Shown here: one piece after another, positions 13,754 through 27,627 of the stretch
Layout of the letters: every line of letters begins with the position of its first letter
How positions within the stretch are numbered: position 1 is the stretch's first letter
DNA from: Amphiscolops sp. MND2022
Lineage: Eukaryota
Length of the DNA: 64,000 bases
Assembly: GCA_964187785.1 (NCBI GenBank)
Contig: OZ076418.1
Span: 36,146,001 to 36,210,000 of the forward strand
Reading direction: 5' to 3'
Program-made: the position numbers and the translations under genes
Notes under the pieces: generated by a model
What the model was told of the DNA's origin: nothing
Databases searched by the model: none
What the model saw: the letters and a program-made list of their open reading frames with translations, nothing else

Positions 13754-14308
13754 AATCAGAGAAAACCCCAAAGCTGGTAATGGTTCGCTTGAAAGCTAGG
13801 GTTTTATGCTTTCTTAATGACCTCAACAAATGTTTTGCTAGTAAATCTCAGCGTTTGAAAATTTGGGAATATTTGCAAAATTATGGGAAATTCCCCCGTT
13901 AACCTTTGCAATCCTGACAAAATCCTTGAATTTTCTCGGTGAGATACAGCATTTTCGAATTTCTTGGCAGAATCTTGAGAACATTTTACTGTCGAAACTT
14001 TTCCATTTTAGCTTTCCCATCTTAAACAGAACGAAAACTAAAACACAAAAGAAGATATTTAGGCAGAAGGTGGCATTCATCGAAAATTAAAATCTTCGGA
14101 ACACCGCCATGATCTCGGTTTATGCTGCAAATCCTGCCAGGATCGCGCGTTCTCTGATATTTTGGCAGAATCTTGCGAGTTTCATAATTTTTACAGCACT
14201 TCATATTTACAGATCCTGACAAATCATAACTACCACTAAGGTCTTGAAAAACAATGATGAGATAACTGAGATTCGCCTGTTTTTGGACGATGATTCTTGA
14301 TGTTCAAG

Positions 14309-14517
14309 TGTTGACGTGAAACTCGAATAGAATAGTAAAAGAATGAGAGGATTAAGAATGTAATATGTAGAATGTTGAATTGAAGTGTTTTTTGACGTGT
14401 ATCTTTCTCAAGGTTCTTGTGGCAAACTGATGCTAGCATAATAATCTTGAGCTAGACTTTAACAGGTTGTTGATACATATTTACAACTGCGTTAACACTT
14501 CAATGCTCTCTACCACA
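14309..14517 (-). repeat. 3' LTR of gypsy element
   Basis: TG...CA on minus strand, preceded by polypurine tract AAAACGGGGAA (14518-14528). Confidence 0.92.
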
Positions 14518-17500
14518 TTCCCCGTTTTGGGAGAATTTGTACAACTATTAATCCTCAATTTTACAACAAGTACTTTACTAGTAAAATTAACAAACTCAAA
14601 TAAAAACTGGTAGTACAGTTAACGTAACAGTAATGGTTTAATGTAATGTTTGACGATAGTGTTTTGATTTAGTTTTCAGACTCTTCGTCCAATTGGATGA
14701 GGTCAATCATGTATCTTTTTGTGGGAACGCGAATTCTCTCTGACGATCTCTTGGTGGTTTCTGGTGGCTTCTTATCCAGCTCCCACTTTGTTGTGGCCTT
14801 TATGGGGCATGTCGTTTTTTCCGGGTTTTGTACAATTCCTGTCATTTCGTCAGGGGTACCTCTTTGCTCCTCGCCCTTCTTTTTATTCAAATCTTCCTCT
14901 GTGCTGCTGCTGGCTGTTAAGTCAATCACAGGGGCCTCACATCTTCCTCGTTGTCCATTTCAAATTCTGCTGTGAACTGGGGGATTGCTTTTTTTTGCAT
15001 TTTCTTTCGCTCAATTTTATTTTCAGTGCTGTCTGACTCTGAAGTTTTCTCGATTATCGCCCGTTTCTTCTTCTTGCCGGGCTCATTGGTGATGCGGAAT
15101 TTTTCCTTTTGTTCTTTCGTTGCGACGGCCACATCTCGCTTTGCGTACATTTTGGGCTTGCTTGAACCTTCGGGCAGTAGAGTAATGGTGTGTGCTGACT
15201 CCTTTATCTTTCTTCAAGACTTTTTGTCAAAGGCTCCTTGCAGCTTTGTTCCTCTAGGCCTCTCTCTAACTAGAACGTCGAATCTAGCTCGTCTTGGAAA
15301 TCCGAACTGTCGAATTGGATGTCGGGGTCCTGTTTTGAAATATCCAGCAGTTTTGAGACTAAGTTCGTTTTCACCGTGTTTGGCTCCCTTCCCCATTGCT
15401 TTTCAAACGGCGAGCTACCATCTTTCTTTTTACTTATTCGTAGTGCGTACGAAATTTCCGACAATCCTGATTGGTCTTTTGTTACTATTATTTGCTTAAT
15501 TGTTAGCAAGCGTTCATTGATCGCTCTTACCAGTCGTTCAATTTCGCCATTTCCCCTGTGGTCGCGCACCGGACAAGTTATATGTTCTATTCCAAAATGT
15601 CTACAAAACCGGCGAATTCTTCGCTTACGAACACAGTGCCAGGGTCTGTTCTTATTTTCTTTGGGACTCCAAATTGGGCGATATAATGTTTCAGAAATTC
15701 AATTACCTTTTTCGTAGTCGCTTGATACCAATAAGTATTTATTTCCTTCTCTCGCATTTTGGAAGGGGCCCGCAAAATCTAAAGCTATTTGCTCATTTTG
15801 CTCTTTTGTTTTTGCAGTTTTTCCCAATTATTTTTGGTTTTAATACATTTTAAAGTTTTACCTGCTTGTAAGCATTTGTCGCTCAGGTGAGCTTGGTCTA
15901 TCACCTCTCGGTGGATTCGAGGCCACCAAATATCTCTAACCATCGATAACATCGCATCGCGACAGGGATGCCCGCAATGAAGCGAACACATTATCATGGC
16001 CCGCATTGACTGGCGAATAACCAGGCGGCTATCCGTATACAAGAAGTTTCGTTCGTCAGTAGAGAACGACTGGAATTTTTCTCGCCACGGGACGGGAGAC
16101 GGCTTACTGCTGTTTTGTTGTAATTTTTTACTATTGCGATAACACGTTGTAGTTTTATCGGCGAAGTAATTAGCTGGCAATAGCTTCTCATTAAGCAATT
16201 TAATCGCGGAGTCTTAGCTCATGCTTGACTTGTTTAGATTAGTGACACAATGAATCTTACTTGACTCCTGTGAATTGCGTTCGTCCCGCTTTCTGATTGG
16301 CTCACGTATTTTGGTCTGATTTATGCGGTTTACACTCATTCTTTCACTCTCGCTTTGTCTGCTTGCTTGCGTCCCATCTTCTAAAACATCTTTCAAACTA
16401 ATTACACTATTCACAGTAAACCATTCATTCCATAGTGCTTCTGCTTTTAAGCATGGTCCTTCTAATTCAGTTGTGTGACGGGATAAGTAGTCTGCCATCC
16501 CTAGTGTTCTTCCAGCTACGTGCACTACTTCAAATTCAAAGGGTAGTAATCTATCTACCTATCTGGTTACCCGGCTTGAAAAAGTTTTGTTTCCTCTATT
16601 CGTCTTCAATACTGACATTAACGATTGTGATCTGAGACTACTTTAAACTGTACACCATATACATAATTCTTAAAATGTTCGACTGCCCACACTATTGCTA
16701 ATAACTCCAATTCGTTTTTAGAGTATTTTGCTTCAAAATCTGTTAGAAAACGTGATGCAAAGCAAATTAGTTTCCATTCGTTATCGCTTTGATTTTGGTG
16801 TATAACGGCACCTAGCCCATTTTTGCTTGCATCACAAATGATTCTGATTTCTTGGTTCCTTTTAAAATGTGATAATTCTACTACATTCTTAATTTCTTTT
16901 TTATTTTGTAACAATGCTTTCGCGTGACTGTCATTCCATTCCCACTCTGCATCTTTCTTTAAAAAGGACCTAAGAGGGAAACTAATTGAGGCTAAACTAT
17001 GTATGAATTTATTAAACTGCTTGACTGCGCCCAGAAATGAGCGTAAATGCTCCAAATTGGTCGGTCGCAATCTTCCACTTATACCCTGGGATTTTGTTTT
17101 GATTGGGGAAATGCCAGTTCGCGTTAATTGGAAGCCTAGCCATTCTGTGCTGTCTTGAGCAATTATGTATTTTCCCGCCTTTAACTGCAAGTTGGCGTCG
17201 TCCTGTTTTCTCATGACTTCTGTTACTTTATTCACATGCTGTTGCTTAGTTCCCTTGGATATAATTAAAATATCATCTATGTACACAAATACACTATTTA
17301 TATTGGATAGCGTCAAATCTACTAATTTTTGAAATTCAGTTGGCATTACTGTCAGTCCGTAGTACCCAGTAGTAAATCGATATGTGCCAGTTGATTTTCC
17401 TTCTACTATCTGGAAATTGCAATGTTTTTTGTTAGCTCTTGTAATGGGATTTGTCCATAAGCATAATCCATATGTACAGACGATAACCAGGCCTACTCTT

Positions 17501-19316
17501 CAATTTTTCCCAATTCTTCCGCAATCATATCTATCAAATTGTCTAGATTTGGCATCTAGTATTTGTCTTTGGCTATTGATTCATTCAGCGCGCGTGCATC
17601 TATCGCTATTTTCACCGATTTGACCTTTTTAACTGTATTAACTGTTGGTTGAATAAATACGTCACCTTGAATTTTGTCTACCTTTTCAGTATGGCCGTCT
17701 TTTAACAGTTCTTCGATTTCTTTATCTACTTGGTCCTGTAATTGAATAGGAATATGGCGGCCCTTTTGTTGTGAAATTTTTGCAATATCTTTCATATCGA
17801 TTTTGATTTCGTATTTTTTTACGCGACCTTTCCTTTTGAACAAATCTGGAAATTCTCGCAATATTTGCTGAACTTCGGTACTGACACGTTCTTCGGGACC
17901 TGTCTCATTTATAACTTTGGCGTCATTTACCACTTCAGTGTTTACTTTGCACTCATCTGTTTCTATTGGCTGACTGATTTTGTAGCGCAGAGCAATTAGC
18001 CAATCACGGCCGATTATCCCGATTATCGACTTTCCGATGTTTGGTGCCACTAGCACTCTTGCTTTCGAGACGGTAACGCCGGCAGCTTCTAGGCGCACAA
18101 ATTGGTAGCCCAATAGATCCAGAGGTCTTTTGTTGTAATCTACATATCATATCGCTCATTGTCTATCATGTCCCGAAAACAACTTTTCTTTCCCCAATAT
18201 TTTTGGTCAGATCTCGTTTCGTTTAGTAAAAATAGGAACCAAGTATCGAAAATAGCTTTAAAATAGTTTCCACACATGGTTCCTTCCATGTAGAAGGGCT
18301 TGCTTCCGTTTCCATCGACTTGGAGAACTAATTGCTCTTCGTTGCTGTCAAATTCCTCGTCTTCGCTTTCTTCATCGATATAGTTTACTCTTCGCATTCC
18401 TTGGAAGTTGTTATTTCTGGACTTCAGCCTCTGCAGCAATTTTTCTGGCGTTGAGGGAACTTTTTGTAACAACATTTTTCCACATGCCCCACAAATTTAC
18501 AAAATTTACATCGATTGTTTGTTGCTGTACAGTTCTTTATGTGATCCGGGTTAAAGTTGGATTCCCCACATCTGAAGCATTCCCGCGGGTTAGATGATTT
18601 TTCACTTGCATGTACAGGCTCTGTTTTCACCACAGTTTTGGGGTTTTCAGTTGGTTGTAGGCCGTAAGTCTTTTGTCTTTTCACCCCCTCCTCGAACGCG
18701 ATTGCGAAGTCCAAGGCTTAATCTGGCTCACGGGGTTCAGTGCAAAGTTTCACTTGCACTTTTTTTACTATTCATATGTAGGATGAACCTGTCTAGTACG
18801 AGGGTTTTCTTTATTTCCCCGAAGTCGCAAAGAGCTGCTAGTCCATTTAGCGTATGCCAAAACTGTTGAAGCGTCTCGCCGGGTTGCTGCATTCTTGAAA
18901 AAAAATTTATGCCGGTCGAGCGTTCGGTTTCTTTTTATCTGGATACAGTCCGTGGCTAGCTGAGTCAGTTCTCTCACCTTTAGGTTCCAGAGGGTCGTAT
19001 GGGGATATTTGTCTTTGAATAACTTCCTTGCCGCCTCTCCAAGTGACAGATATAGCACACTAACCACTTTGTTGGCAAGGTCGTTATCCATACCCCCAAT
19101 AAAGCTCGTACCCTCGGATTCTGCTCATCCACATCGCGAGTCAGCTCTGTGATTAAGATGGAGAATTTGGCCATAACGGCCACCTGGAATAGATCCAGCC
19201 ACTTGTCCCAGTCCATAGTAGGGGTTGAATTGGCCTCATGCCAGTACATTGGAAGCCCGACGAGATGCGACATTGCAGTTGTTGACATTGTTAGAGAAGG
19301 GATGAATTGCTGCTTT

Positions 19317-19331
19317 CTGCTCGCAGCGCCA
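19317..19331 (-). promoter_or_regulatory. Primer-binding site, complementary to a tRNA-Ser(UGA/CGA)-type 3' end
   Basis: TGGCGCTGCGAGCAG directly after the LTR; complement CTGCTCGCAGCG-CCA resembles metazoan tRNA-Ser 3' ends. Confidence 0.7.
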
Positions 19332-19540
19332 GGTTGACGTGGAACTCGAATAGAATAGTAAAAGAATGAGGGGATTAAGAATGTATTATGTAGAATGTTG
19401 AATTAAAGTGTTTTTTGACGTGTATCTTTCTCAAGGCTCTTGTGGCAAACTGATGCTAGCATAATATTCTTGAGCTAGACTTTAACAGGTTGTTGATACA
19501 TATTCACAACTGCTTTGGCAGTTCAATGATCTCTACCACA
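19332..19540 (-). repeat. 5' LTR of gypsy element
   Basis: About 13 mismatches to the 3' LTR over 209 bp (manual count); followed by PBS. Confidence 0.92.
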
Positions 19541-20546
19541 TCAAGTCAATATCTTGATTTCTTCTATTTTAAATGCGGGTCTACTCTTAACAAGATTGCC
19601 TTCCGTTCTTGGCTATATCGGAGACTTTTGATTTCCGGAGATTTTTGAGATTTCCGGTAGACCTTGGCAACTTCCGCTAGGTCTTGGAAATCTTGGTAAG
19701 ATTATCGCTAGAACTCAGAAATTGTCGCAAAAATTTCATGATGTCAAACGCTGGGTTGAGGTTTTGCGTGCCTAAAAAACCTGTCGTTCACGTAGTTTTG
19801 GTGGATATATTGCAAGTTCAATAATTCTACGTGCAGCTATTGTGTTCAACGCGACTTAACAATTCAACAGAAACATAAAGAAAAAATGAAATTAATATCA
19901 GCTCCTCGCTAGAGGTTTACTTTTCAGAAACTCGTATAAATGTTATTCAGAAAATCAAATAATACAAAATGCAATTTCGCAGAGATTCAACAGCCAAGAA
20001 AAACAATTTTTAGTTTTTAGTTTTTCACAAGACGACTGTGCTTTTTTCTCAATTTTTGATGACGCTTTGAAAGGGAAAATTGACCTTAGTGCCAATAAAC
20101 AGGAATAAATAATTAAATTGTTCATAGAAAAACGCTGAAAATTTGATGTTTTAAAGGAAACTCAGCTTTTATTAGAAGTTGTCTGTACACCTGAGAACAT
20201 AATACCAAACCTTCCAATCTTTTCAAAACTCATAATTTTTTAAAGAGTCCATATTACCAGCTTTTCATGCTTTTGTTTTTCTTTATTTATTTCTGGTTTC
20301 AATGGTTTTTGCTAAATAGAAGAAATTAAAATTGCGAAATCAGCTATACGCAAAAAACTGTTGAGCGGAAAAGGCTTCACTTAAAACCTAAGATGTGTCA
20401 AATCAAGATAACTTCGCGAGCTGAAACAAAAAGGAACACAAAAATTATTTTGATCGGTAAAAATTATGACATAACCTGAAAATTAAACCAATTAAGCATT
20501 CCAATCAGAGTGGGTTACGAACACGTTATACGTCTTTTCAAAATTT

Positions 20547-20729
20547 ATTCTGGTAAGAATACGGAAACTTCGAGTAATTCTCATGTAAAAATCTGGTCAA
20601 AATGCGTGTCACAAATCAAAAAAAGCTGTCCATTCTAGTTCACATCTAAGAGATCTTCTCGGACATCAATTTGGGAAAAGTAGATTTTTACATGAGAAAT
20701 ACTCGCAGCTTCGTTATTCTTACCAGAAT
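20547..20729. repeat. Inverted repeat (~48-bp arms), MITE-like
   Basis: ATTCTGGTAAGAATA...TCTCATGTAAAAATCT versus AGATTTTTACATGAGA...TATTCTTACCAGAAT. Confidence 0.65.
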
Positions 20730-21500
20730 TCACTGTCTTAATAGTGTCCCATATAAGGAGGGCGTTGTCAGTTGGTTCTCCGTTGGAACCGAGTCACGTT
20801 GTGTAAATCAATGTATAAATGTCGATCCAGAGTGTAAACCCAAATAGGTTGAAAAAGAAATCTAATTGCTTTTCGAGCCACCAACTCCTGAAAAAAGTTT
20901 ACATTTTTTTCTGAATACATTTTTGGTTCACTTCGTTGTAGCTTAGTCTCAGCTCAATGCAGAGCAACCAAGAAACAAGTCGATGATTCGAACAGCAAGG
21001 ATTTTTCACAGGTTGAAGTTTCACGACTACGGCGTTAAGTGTTAATTACAAACTGCCGAATGTTTTACAATTCCAAGTTTCCAAGTCGCTACGTTTCCTT
21101 AATTGATGTGTACACTACCTATCCTGAATGGATTTTATTTAGTTTTCATTTTATGGTGGGAATTTAGTGTTTTTCTGTAGACCGACTAATATAGAGGTCT
21201 TCCTTATAGAGACCTTGAGCAAGTCACTTTGAAACCACAGCTTTAAGCCCACCATTGCTTGACTACTTGGCTGCAAACATGACAACATAACATGTTATGG
21301 GAAGATAGTATATCCGAAGGCACACCGACTTAGAAAAGCAGAGCTGCTTATTCGGCGTCCACCCCGCGGTAATGGGGAAATTAACTTTCTTCCTTTCCTC
21401 GGTTTTTCCGATTCCACTTGATCTGATTTAAAGAGTTCCAAAAATTCTACACTTGTAGGCTTGGATCTAAAGCGCATCAAAATGGCCAAAGGGTCCCAAT

Positions 21501-24500
21501 TGAGTGAATGAATAATTTATTTATTTGTTACCCGTACAAATTACGAACAATAAAAAAATGATAATTAGCTAGTACTAGTTGTATAAGCTTTACTTATGAT
21601 ACCGCACAGGGCGGAAAGTTTTTTTAATAATTCAATATTCACGGTGTTCATCAGCTGATCAAATTTCACCATATTCAGATACGAGTAATAAAAATCCGGA
21701 AAGAGTTCTACCCTACTAACTCTAAAATATTCACATACCATAATCATTGCTTTACGGCAATCATTCATCTACGGCTTTACATTGCTTACAGCAAAACAGA
21801 CAATTTTGGTTATAGTTGTCCGTGATTCTCTCTGTCACTCTCGGTGACGTGTACGGTGCGCAGCGAAATTGGCACAGTTGCACCCTTTGTTTACTCTTCA
21901 ATTTTTTAAGATAAAGTTATAGAAGCAGCCGATGTTTGAAACCCCTTTAGCAGTCGCAAATGGAGGTGGAATGTAGCATCGTATGCCAGGATTGAATTCG
22001 GCGTCTCTGTTGTAATTCACGTATGTATCTACCATACGTATTTTGCAGCTAACCATAATATTTTTCACACTCAGAATCCATTTGTTCTCGTATTCGTTGG
22101 AAATGATTAGCCAAAACATCGAATTCGCAAAACTTTTTTCATCGTACGAAAGTTTTTCGCAAAAAAATGACATTCTTTGACATATTGTAAATTTCAGTTC
22201 CTGTTGCCCTAACTCCTCATATGTCATTGCTTAAAGGGCACTTTTTCAGAAACATTATGAAAAGAAGTGGCGATAAACTGTCACCTTGACGTGCACCTAT
22301 CTTGCAATGGAAGACATCACTTAATTCTCCATTGACTCGAACACATGCTTTGGTTTTCTGATAGAGGCTTTGGATGACACGTGAAACTTTTACCTATTAT
22401 TTTCGCTTGTCCTAATTTTTGCCAAAGTAATCCATGGTCTACCTTATCGAAGGCTTTTTCATATTCAATGAATGTAACAAAAAGTTTCTTCTTCTGTGCA
22501 AGGTATGTGCTCAAGGTTGATGATATAATGAAAACAAGATCAACGCATTAAGTATTTTTTCTGAAACCTGCTTGTTCCAATCCTAACACATCTCGTTTCT
22601 CTAGGTCTTTTTGAATTCTTTCAGTGAGCACCGATTTGAAGAGCTTACAGACACAACTGGCTAGAGATTTACCCCGGTAGTGGTTGGGGTCCATTTTTTC
22701 TCTTTTTTGAAATTGGGCTGGTATATTGAGGTCGCCCAGTCATCGGGCACTATACCTCTATCAAGTATTTTATTGAAATAAGCTATTATCATGAGAAAAA
22801 GTTCATCGGGAAAAAACTTTAACAACTCAGGGTAGATATCATCGAGACCAGCTGGTTTACCATTTTTAATCTTTTCCATACATAAACGTACTTCACTCTC
22901 TGTAATGGGTACATTCAGGTCAGCATTGTCATCATTCATATTCACAGAAGCTTGCGGAGACCCGAGAGCCTTGTTCAGGTATTTGAAGTGATCGTATAAT
23001 TTAGATTTCTCAAAGGGGATATTGTTTAGTTCGCTTGAGTCTTTTGAAAAAAGACCAAAATTCTTTCGGGTTGTCAAATTTTTTCTGGCGTAGTAGCTGA
23101 TTAGTTTCAGACTCCCATTTACTTTTCCTTTGCAGCAAAAAAATTATATTTTTTACCGGCTGCTTTCCTCTCGCAATGATTGGATGTTTTATTTGCTTCC
23201 CGTAACTTTCTGCGGTAAATGCGGAGTCGGATTTGGCAGTCACTATCAAACCAGTCATTGCGTGGTTCAAATGCGGGTTTACGTTTATGTTTTAAAGCGC
23301 CAACTGACTTGGCACTATCGAGTAATACTTCTGTCAGCAGGGCATTACCTGAATTCACTACTGTATCTGTTTGCATTTGAGCCTCGAAACAAGCTTGAAT
23401 TTCCAAAAATCCTTTGTTTTTAAGTGTTTCAAAACTTTTTTCTTAGCTTCATTCCAAACTCGTTTCATTTGAGTCGCACTTTGAGGCGATTCGACCTTTG
23501 GAGGTACTTTGCAGCATCCAAGTTCGAGTACTAGACAGCAGTGAACATCAGATATAGATGGATCGAAGTTTTCACAGAGAGCTTTAGAATTGAGTCGAAG
23601 CAACAGTGCTCCGCGAGAACGTAATCAACACTACTTTTTCCATTATGTTGTACGCACGTGTATTCACCGAAATGCTTGTCTTCTTCGATTCTACCATTGA
23701 GGATAGCAATTTCTGTTGTTTTACACAGGTCAACTAGCAGCCTACTCTTTGAGTTGATCTTTGTATCTCTATTTGCTCTAGATTCTATATTATTTAACTC
23801 ACCGTCTAGAAGAAGACAGTCGTCTAGGATTCCAGTTGGGGCATTGAAATCACCTATTAATAAAATATTACAAGACGGATTTTTAAACTTAAGTATGTCT
23901 TCTTGGATTTCATCAAAATAATTGCCATCCCAATGTCTCGAGCTTTCAACGGTCTAAAGTAAAGTCCAATCGAGTAGTCAACGCAGTTAAGTTATACATC
24001 AAACCAAAGTCCCAGATTGCTTCCAGTAAAGTGGTATTTCAGGCTCTTACGTATTAGAAAAGCAAGGCCCCAGAAACCTTTCAGTTTCGACTTATCAGTT
24101 CCAGTTAAAGTTTTGTGCCCATTGAATTGTTCAGCGTCAAAAACATTAGTTGGTGTTTACACTGACTACTCGTTGGATTCTTTTCAAATTTATTTTGATG
24201 TTTAGCCGCCTCACATTCAAAAGACAAAGTGTGATCTTTGAAGCCATTAGGACAAAATCGCGTTGTTGATTGCTATTTTGCAAACATTTCTTTCATTTTG
24301 GCACGATCCCATCCCAATTTCGAGGGAAGTTCAGCCAGAGAGTTGAACACACCATGCTTCCTATCGTGGGTGTGTGGGTGTATAGTAGTCGGGACTCAAA
24401 AGTGCTGATTCTAATTCCTGCTTCCTTCATATGGTAAATGGCTTTCGACCTCGCTTTTGTTAGATGTTCTTGTACATAGATATTGTAATGATTCAGCGAT

Positions 24501-24960
24501 TCTTTAAGCCAGTGTTTCGATTCAAAAACTTCATTTTTCACACTTCTGCGAGTAAATATGGCAATAATTGGCCTCGGCTCGTCTCTTCGGCGGGTTCTGA
24601 TATGTAGGCAGTGGCTGGTTGAGACGTCGGCAGCAGTAATATTCACGCCCGTAGCATGGGCAGTTAGGACTATTTTCTCAGTGCAGTCCTCGAACTCCAT
24701 ATAGTATAGTCTAAAGAACGGTAGACAGTCTCTTCTACTATACTGCTCCATAGCCTCCAGTCTACATTCAGTTTCGGCATCAAAACCAATCTCACGTAAT
24801 AGTAAATCTTTCTCGGTACACGGAAGATGGTTTTGTTGCTGTTTGTAGCATTTGTGACACTTTCATGACCACACGTTCATCCAAACTAGTCTGAGTAACA
24901 CAGGTTTTCTTGAGGTTGTCCAACTCATGTTCCAAAAATTTGTTTTCTTGCAATAAACTG
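21501..24960 (-). mobile_element. Decayed, 5'-truncated, internally deleted APE-type LINE (CR1/L2-group-like)
   Basis: ORF1 remnant (coiled coil, MEQYSRRDCL, RPIIAIF, EHLT; 24293-24950); ORF2 remnants: APE start MASKITLCLLNVR, GDFNAP, GKPAGLDDI, FIEYEKAFDKV, QGDSLSPLLF, then a jump to the C-terminus (YADD region missing); 3' tail AATAAA + (ATTC)n near 21501-21525. Confidence 0.85.
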
Positions 24961-24989
24961 GTATGGATGGTAGGGGTACTGCAACTTCT

Positions 24990-25900
24990 TCACTGTTCCA
25001 CTTGTTTTCAATTCCTTTTAGACATCAGGTGTCCCAAATCTGCGGCAATAAACAACAGCATTGATTCGATCTCGATAGTGACCTAGTAATTTGGCAAGTT
25101 CTTCCGGTGTGAGGGCCGGCGTTCGAGTTTTCCAATGCACTGATAAAGAGTTTTTAATGATGTGCCAAATTATCAGATTTTGTTGTTTTGCCCAAGATCC
25201 CTTCCGTAGGAGATTCTGCAAGTTTTTGAGAGGGTTACTCGATAATGTGTTGAAACTTAGACCAGAGATAGCTGTTACACGCTTCCCGTATTTTTTTGGA
25301 CTTGTAATGTATTGCGCTCACCGCGTTCTTCAGAGAGCTTGCACCTGCCACATTATGAGTAACCATAATGAGTAAACTAAACCTTTTGCTTTGGAATTCT
25401 TTTGCATTGTACAACATATTGGACTTTTTATCACAATGTGTCCCTCTTTTGGTTTTGTGATGATTAACGTTTTCAATTAGGAGTTTTCTTTGAGTACGAA
25501 GGGTCCATGCGTATGCTTTTTTGCCCTGTGATTTTTGGAAATCATCCCAGGAGCGGCACCGGCGCTCGTTCAAGAGTGTGCTCTTTGACCTTTAACCGGG
25601 ATGACAGCCCACGTGGTTACAGGCTTCCGTCATTAATTAGATTGTTTCTAAGTTGATCGTAGCCAATCCCCCCTGTAATCAAGCAATGACAGCGCTCGTA
25701 ATACTTATCATTTGCATCATTGCGAACCATTTTAATTCAAAAAAATCTTCACGTCCTGGAGACGTATTACATAATTTCTCTGGGAGGTCTTCTCTTGAAA
25801 GAACTTCTCTGGGTTGTTCTACTTGATTTGCAAATGGACCAAAGCTACATAGCAAAAGGTCCGCAAAAGAGCAGATTTAATCATCAAACAAGAGGCGCAG
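24990..25900 (-). pseudogene. Degenerate ORF with SGNH/GDSL-hydrolase-like motifs (probably TE-derived)
   Basis: Fragments VAGASSLKNAV, LQNLLRKG, LIIWHIIKNSL, AVVYCRRFGTPDV*KELK and an upstream CDKH..C..C; similarity judged by eye. Confidence 0.4.
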
Positions 25901-26179
25901 CTTTCACTGCGATGTTTGTCGCATTCTGTTACCTAACTATAAAAATCGCAAAAACCTGAATTATTTTTCCCGATACATTTCAAGTTGGTTTGCGAAGAGT
26001 CGCAAAGTTCAGATTTTACCATTTCGCCTCAAAAACACATTTTATTAACTGAAGACATCAAAAAATACCGGGATAGCGAACCTCTAATGAAAAGAAAAAA
26101 CGACGTAAAAATACAGAGCCGGAAAAAACCTTAGGTCTTCTCCACAATTAGACGAAATTCTAATCAGTCTCACAGAATC

Positions 26180-26403
26180 AATAACTATCCAGACGTCTCC
26201 TCTCAACAGGAAACAAAACATTGAAAAAATTCTTCGACAAGTCGCACAGTGTCGAAAAACGATACAGTGCGTTCTGTGCGAACAAAACGCTTTTCTTCAG
26301 AACGGGGCTTTGGTGTGCCGTACAATAAAATCTTGGTCGAGCGCGGGACTTGAACTCACTCACCTTGATGAGAAACCCGCGCTAACCGCTAGGCCACCAG
26401 TGC
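26180..26403 (-). mobile_element. tRNA-derived SINE (head plus body)
   Basis: A-box TGGCCTAGCGG and B-box GAGTTCAAGTC in 26334-26403; no complete cloverleaf. Confidence 0.6.
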
Positions 26404-27627
26404 TTGTAGTATTTATTGGCAGAAACTGATGGAAAAAATTCCCTGAAAGTGTCGATTAAGAAAAAACCTTTGTAGCAATTATTCAGTAACAGGAAGGTGG
26501 GCGGGCTGGCCGTGTTACAGAATTATTCCAGAATGGTAAAATTTAGAATTGCATCTTTTGGAATCACTGTTGGGAGACAAGAAAGTGTCAATAGTCATTA
26601 GATTGCTACTTTTATGCCTTTATCATTAGCTTCATTTACATATACGCTGGTTTATCAGACAAATTAAATTCTGTTCTCGATGCTTCAAATGGGAAATCTT
26701 CGTCAGTAGAAAAACATTTTCTGCCAGATTTTAGTAAAATTCCAGAAGTCTCATAGTGGCGAAAAATGATCTTGAAGCTCGCAAAACGATTTTCCAAGCC
26801 GAAAACATTCCAAAAGTGAAGGGACCCTTTGACCAAATGAATATTTTTCGAGAATCTCGGCCTCCCTCTGCTATAGCAAGTATGAATGGTTTTGTTCCAA
26901 CGCAGCATTCTAACCCACGTACATCTAGTGGATCTCATTGAAAGAAACTTGCGTTAACCTGTTGTAGAACAAGTAGCATATGAATTACGTATTATGAATT
27001 TGAACCTATAGAAAAGCATATAGAAATGTGCCAGCTTGCTGGTCTTAAAAAAAGCCGCTAGTAGATTCTGCATTTTCAACGAAATCGTCGACTAAAAATG
27101 ATCTTCTGATACTCGCCGAAGTTTAGACATATACTTTAAAGATTCATGGTAAATACCATATGCTGTATTTGATAACCCTGATTTCTAATTAAATGCAAAG
27201 AAACTCATGTTCAAATTCAAAACTATTGTTTCCAACATTTCCGGAGAAATTATCTCGAAGTCATTAAACATTTCAATTATTCTGAGCAACAAATTTCATC
27301 AAAAGATGACAAATAGCAATTGAATAAATATTTTGTGATCAGCAAACGGAAAGGACTATAATAATCTAAACCGTAACCTAGATATAATCTATTTATATAC
27401 AGGATACAAAGCGATATGCACGAAGATTGTTTGTTCATTACTGTTGAAAGAATGTTCTTCTCTATCGTCATTGCGTATTCGAGAACAACCAGTCCCCAGA
27501 AACTGAAGCCAAGTTTTTGAAATGGATAACTCATCGCTGTCCCATTCAGATGAGCCGAGTTCGAACCCCGCCCACTGCTGGGTTTTTGAGAACCCGATTA
27601 GATCATCATTCACCATTCAATCACGTG

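Larger units (their letters stand above)
14309..19540 (-). mobile_element. Full-length decayed Ty3/gypsy LTR retrotransposon
   Basis: Two 209-bp LTRs; 5-bp TSD TCAAG (14304-14308, 19541-19545); PBS TGGCGCTGCGAGCAG; PPT; fragments of gag (CCHC knuckles CFRCGE..HIKNC), protease, RT (FVYIDDILI), RNase H (CDASK..LGAV, ELELLAIVWA), integrase (H..HP, WWP, RTDPGT); many stops and frameshifts. Confidence 0.95.

Noticed and set aside
14697-15717. Plus-strand ORFs of 92-182 aa
   Set aside because: Antisense shadows of the gypsy integrase region.
26334-26403. tRNA gene candidate (also ~27545-27575 and ~39935-39975)
   Set aside because: A/B boxes present but no closable acceptor or anticodon stems; SINE heads.
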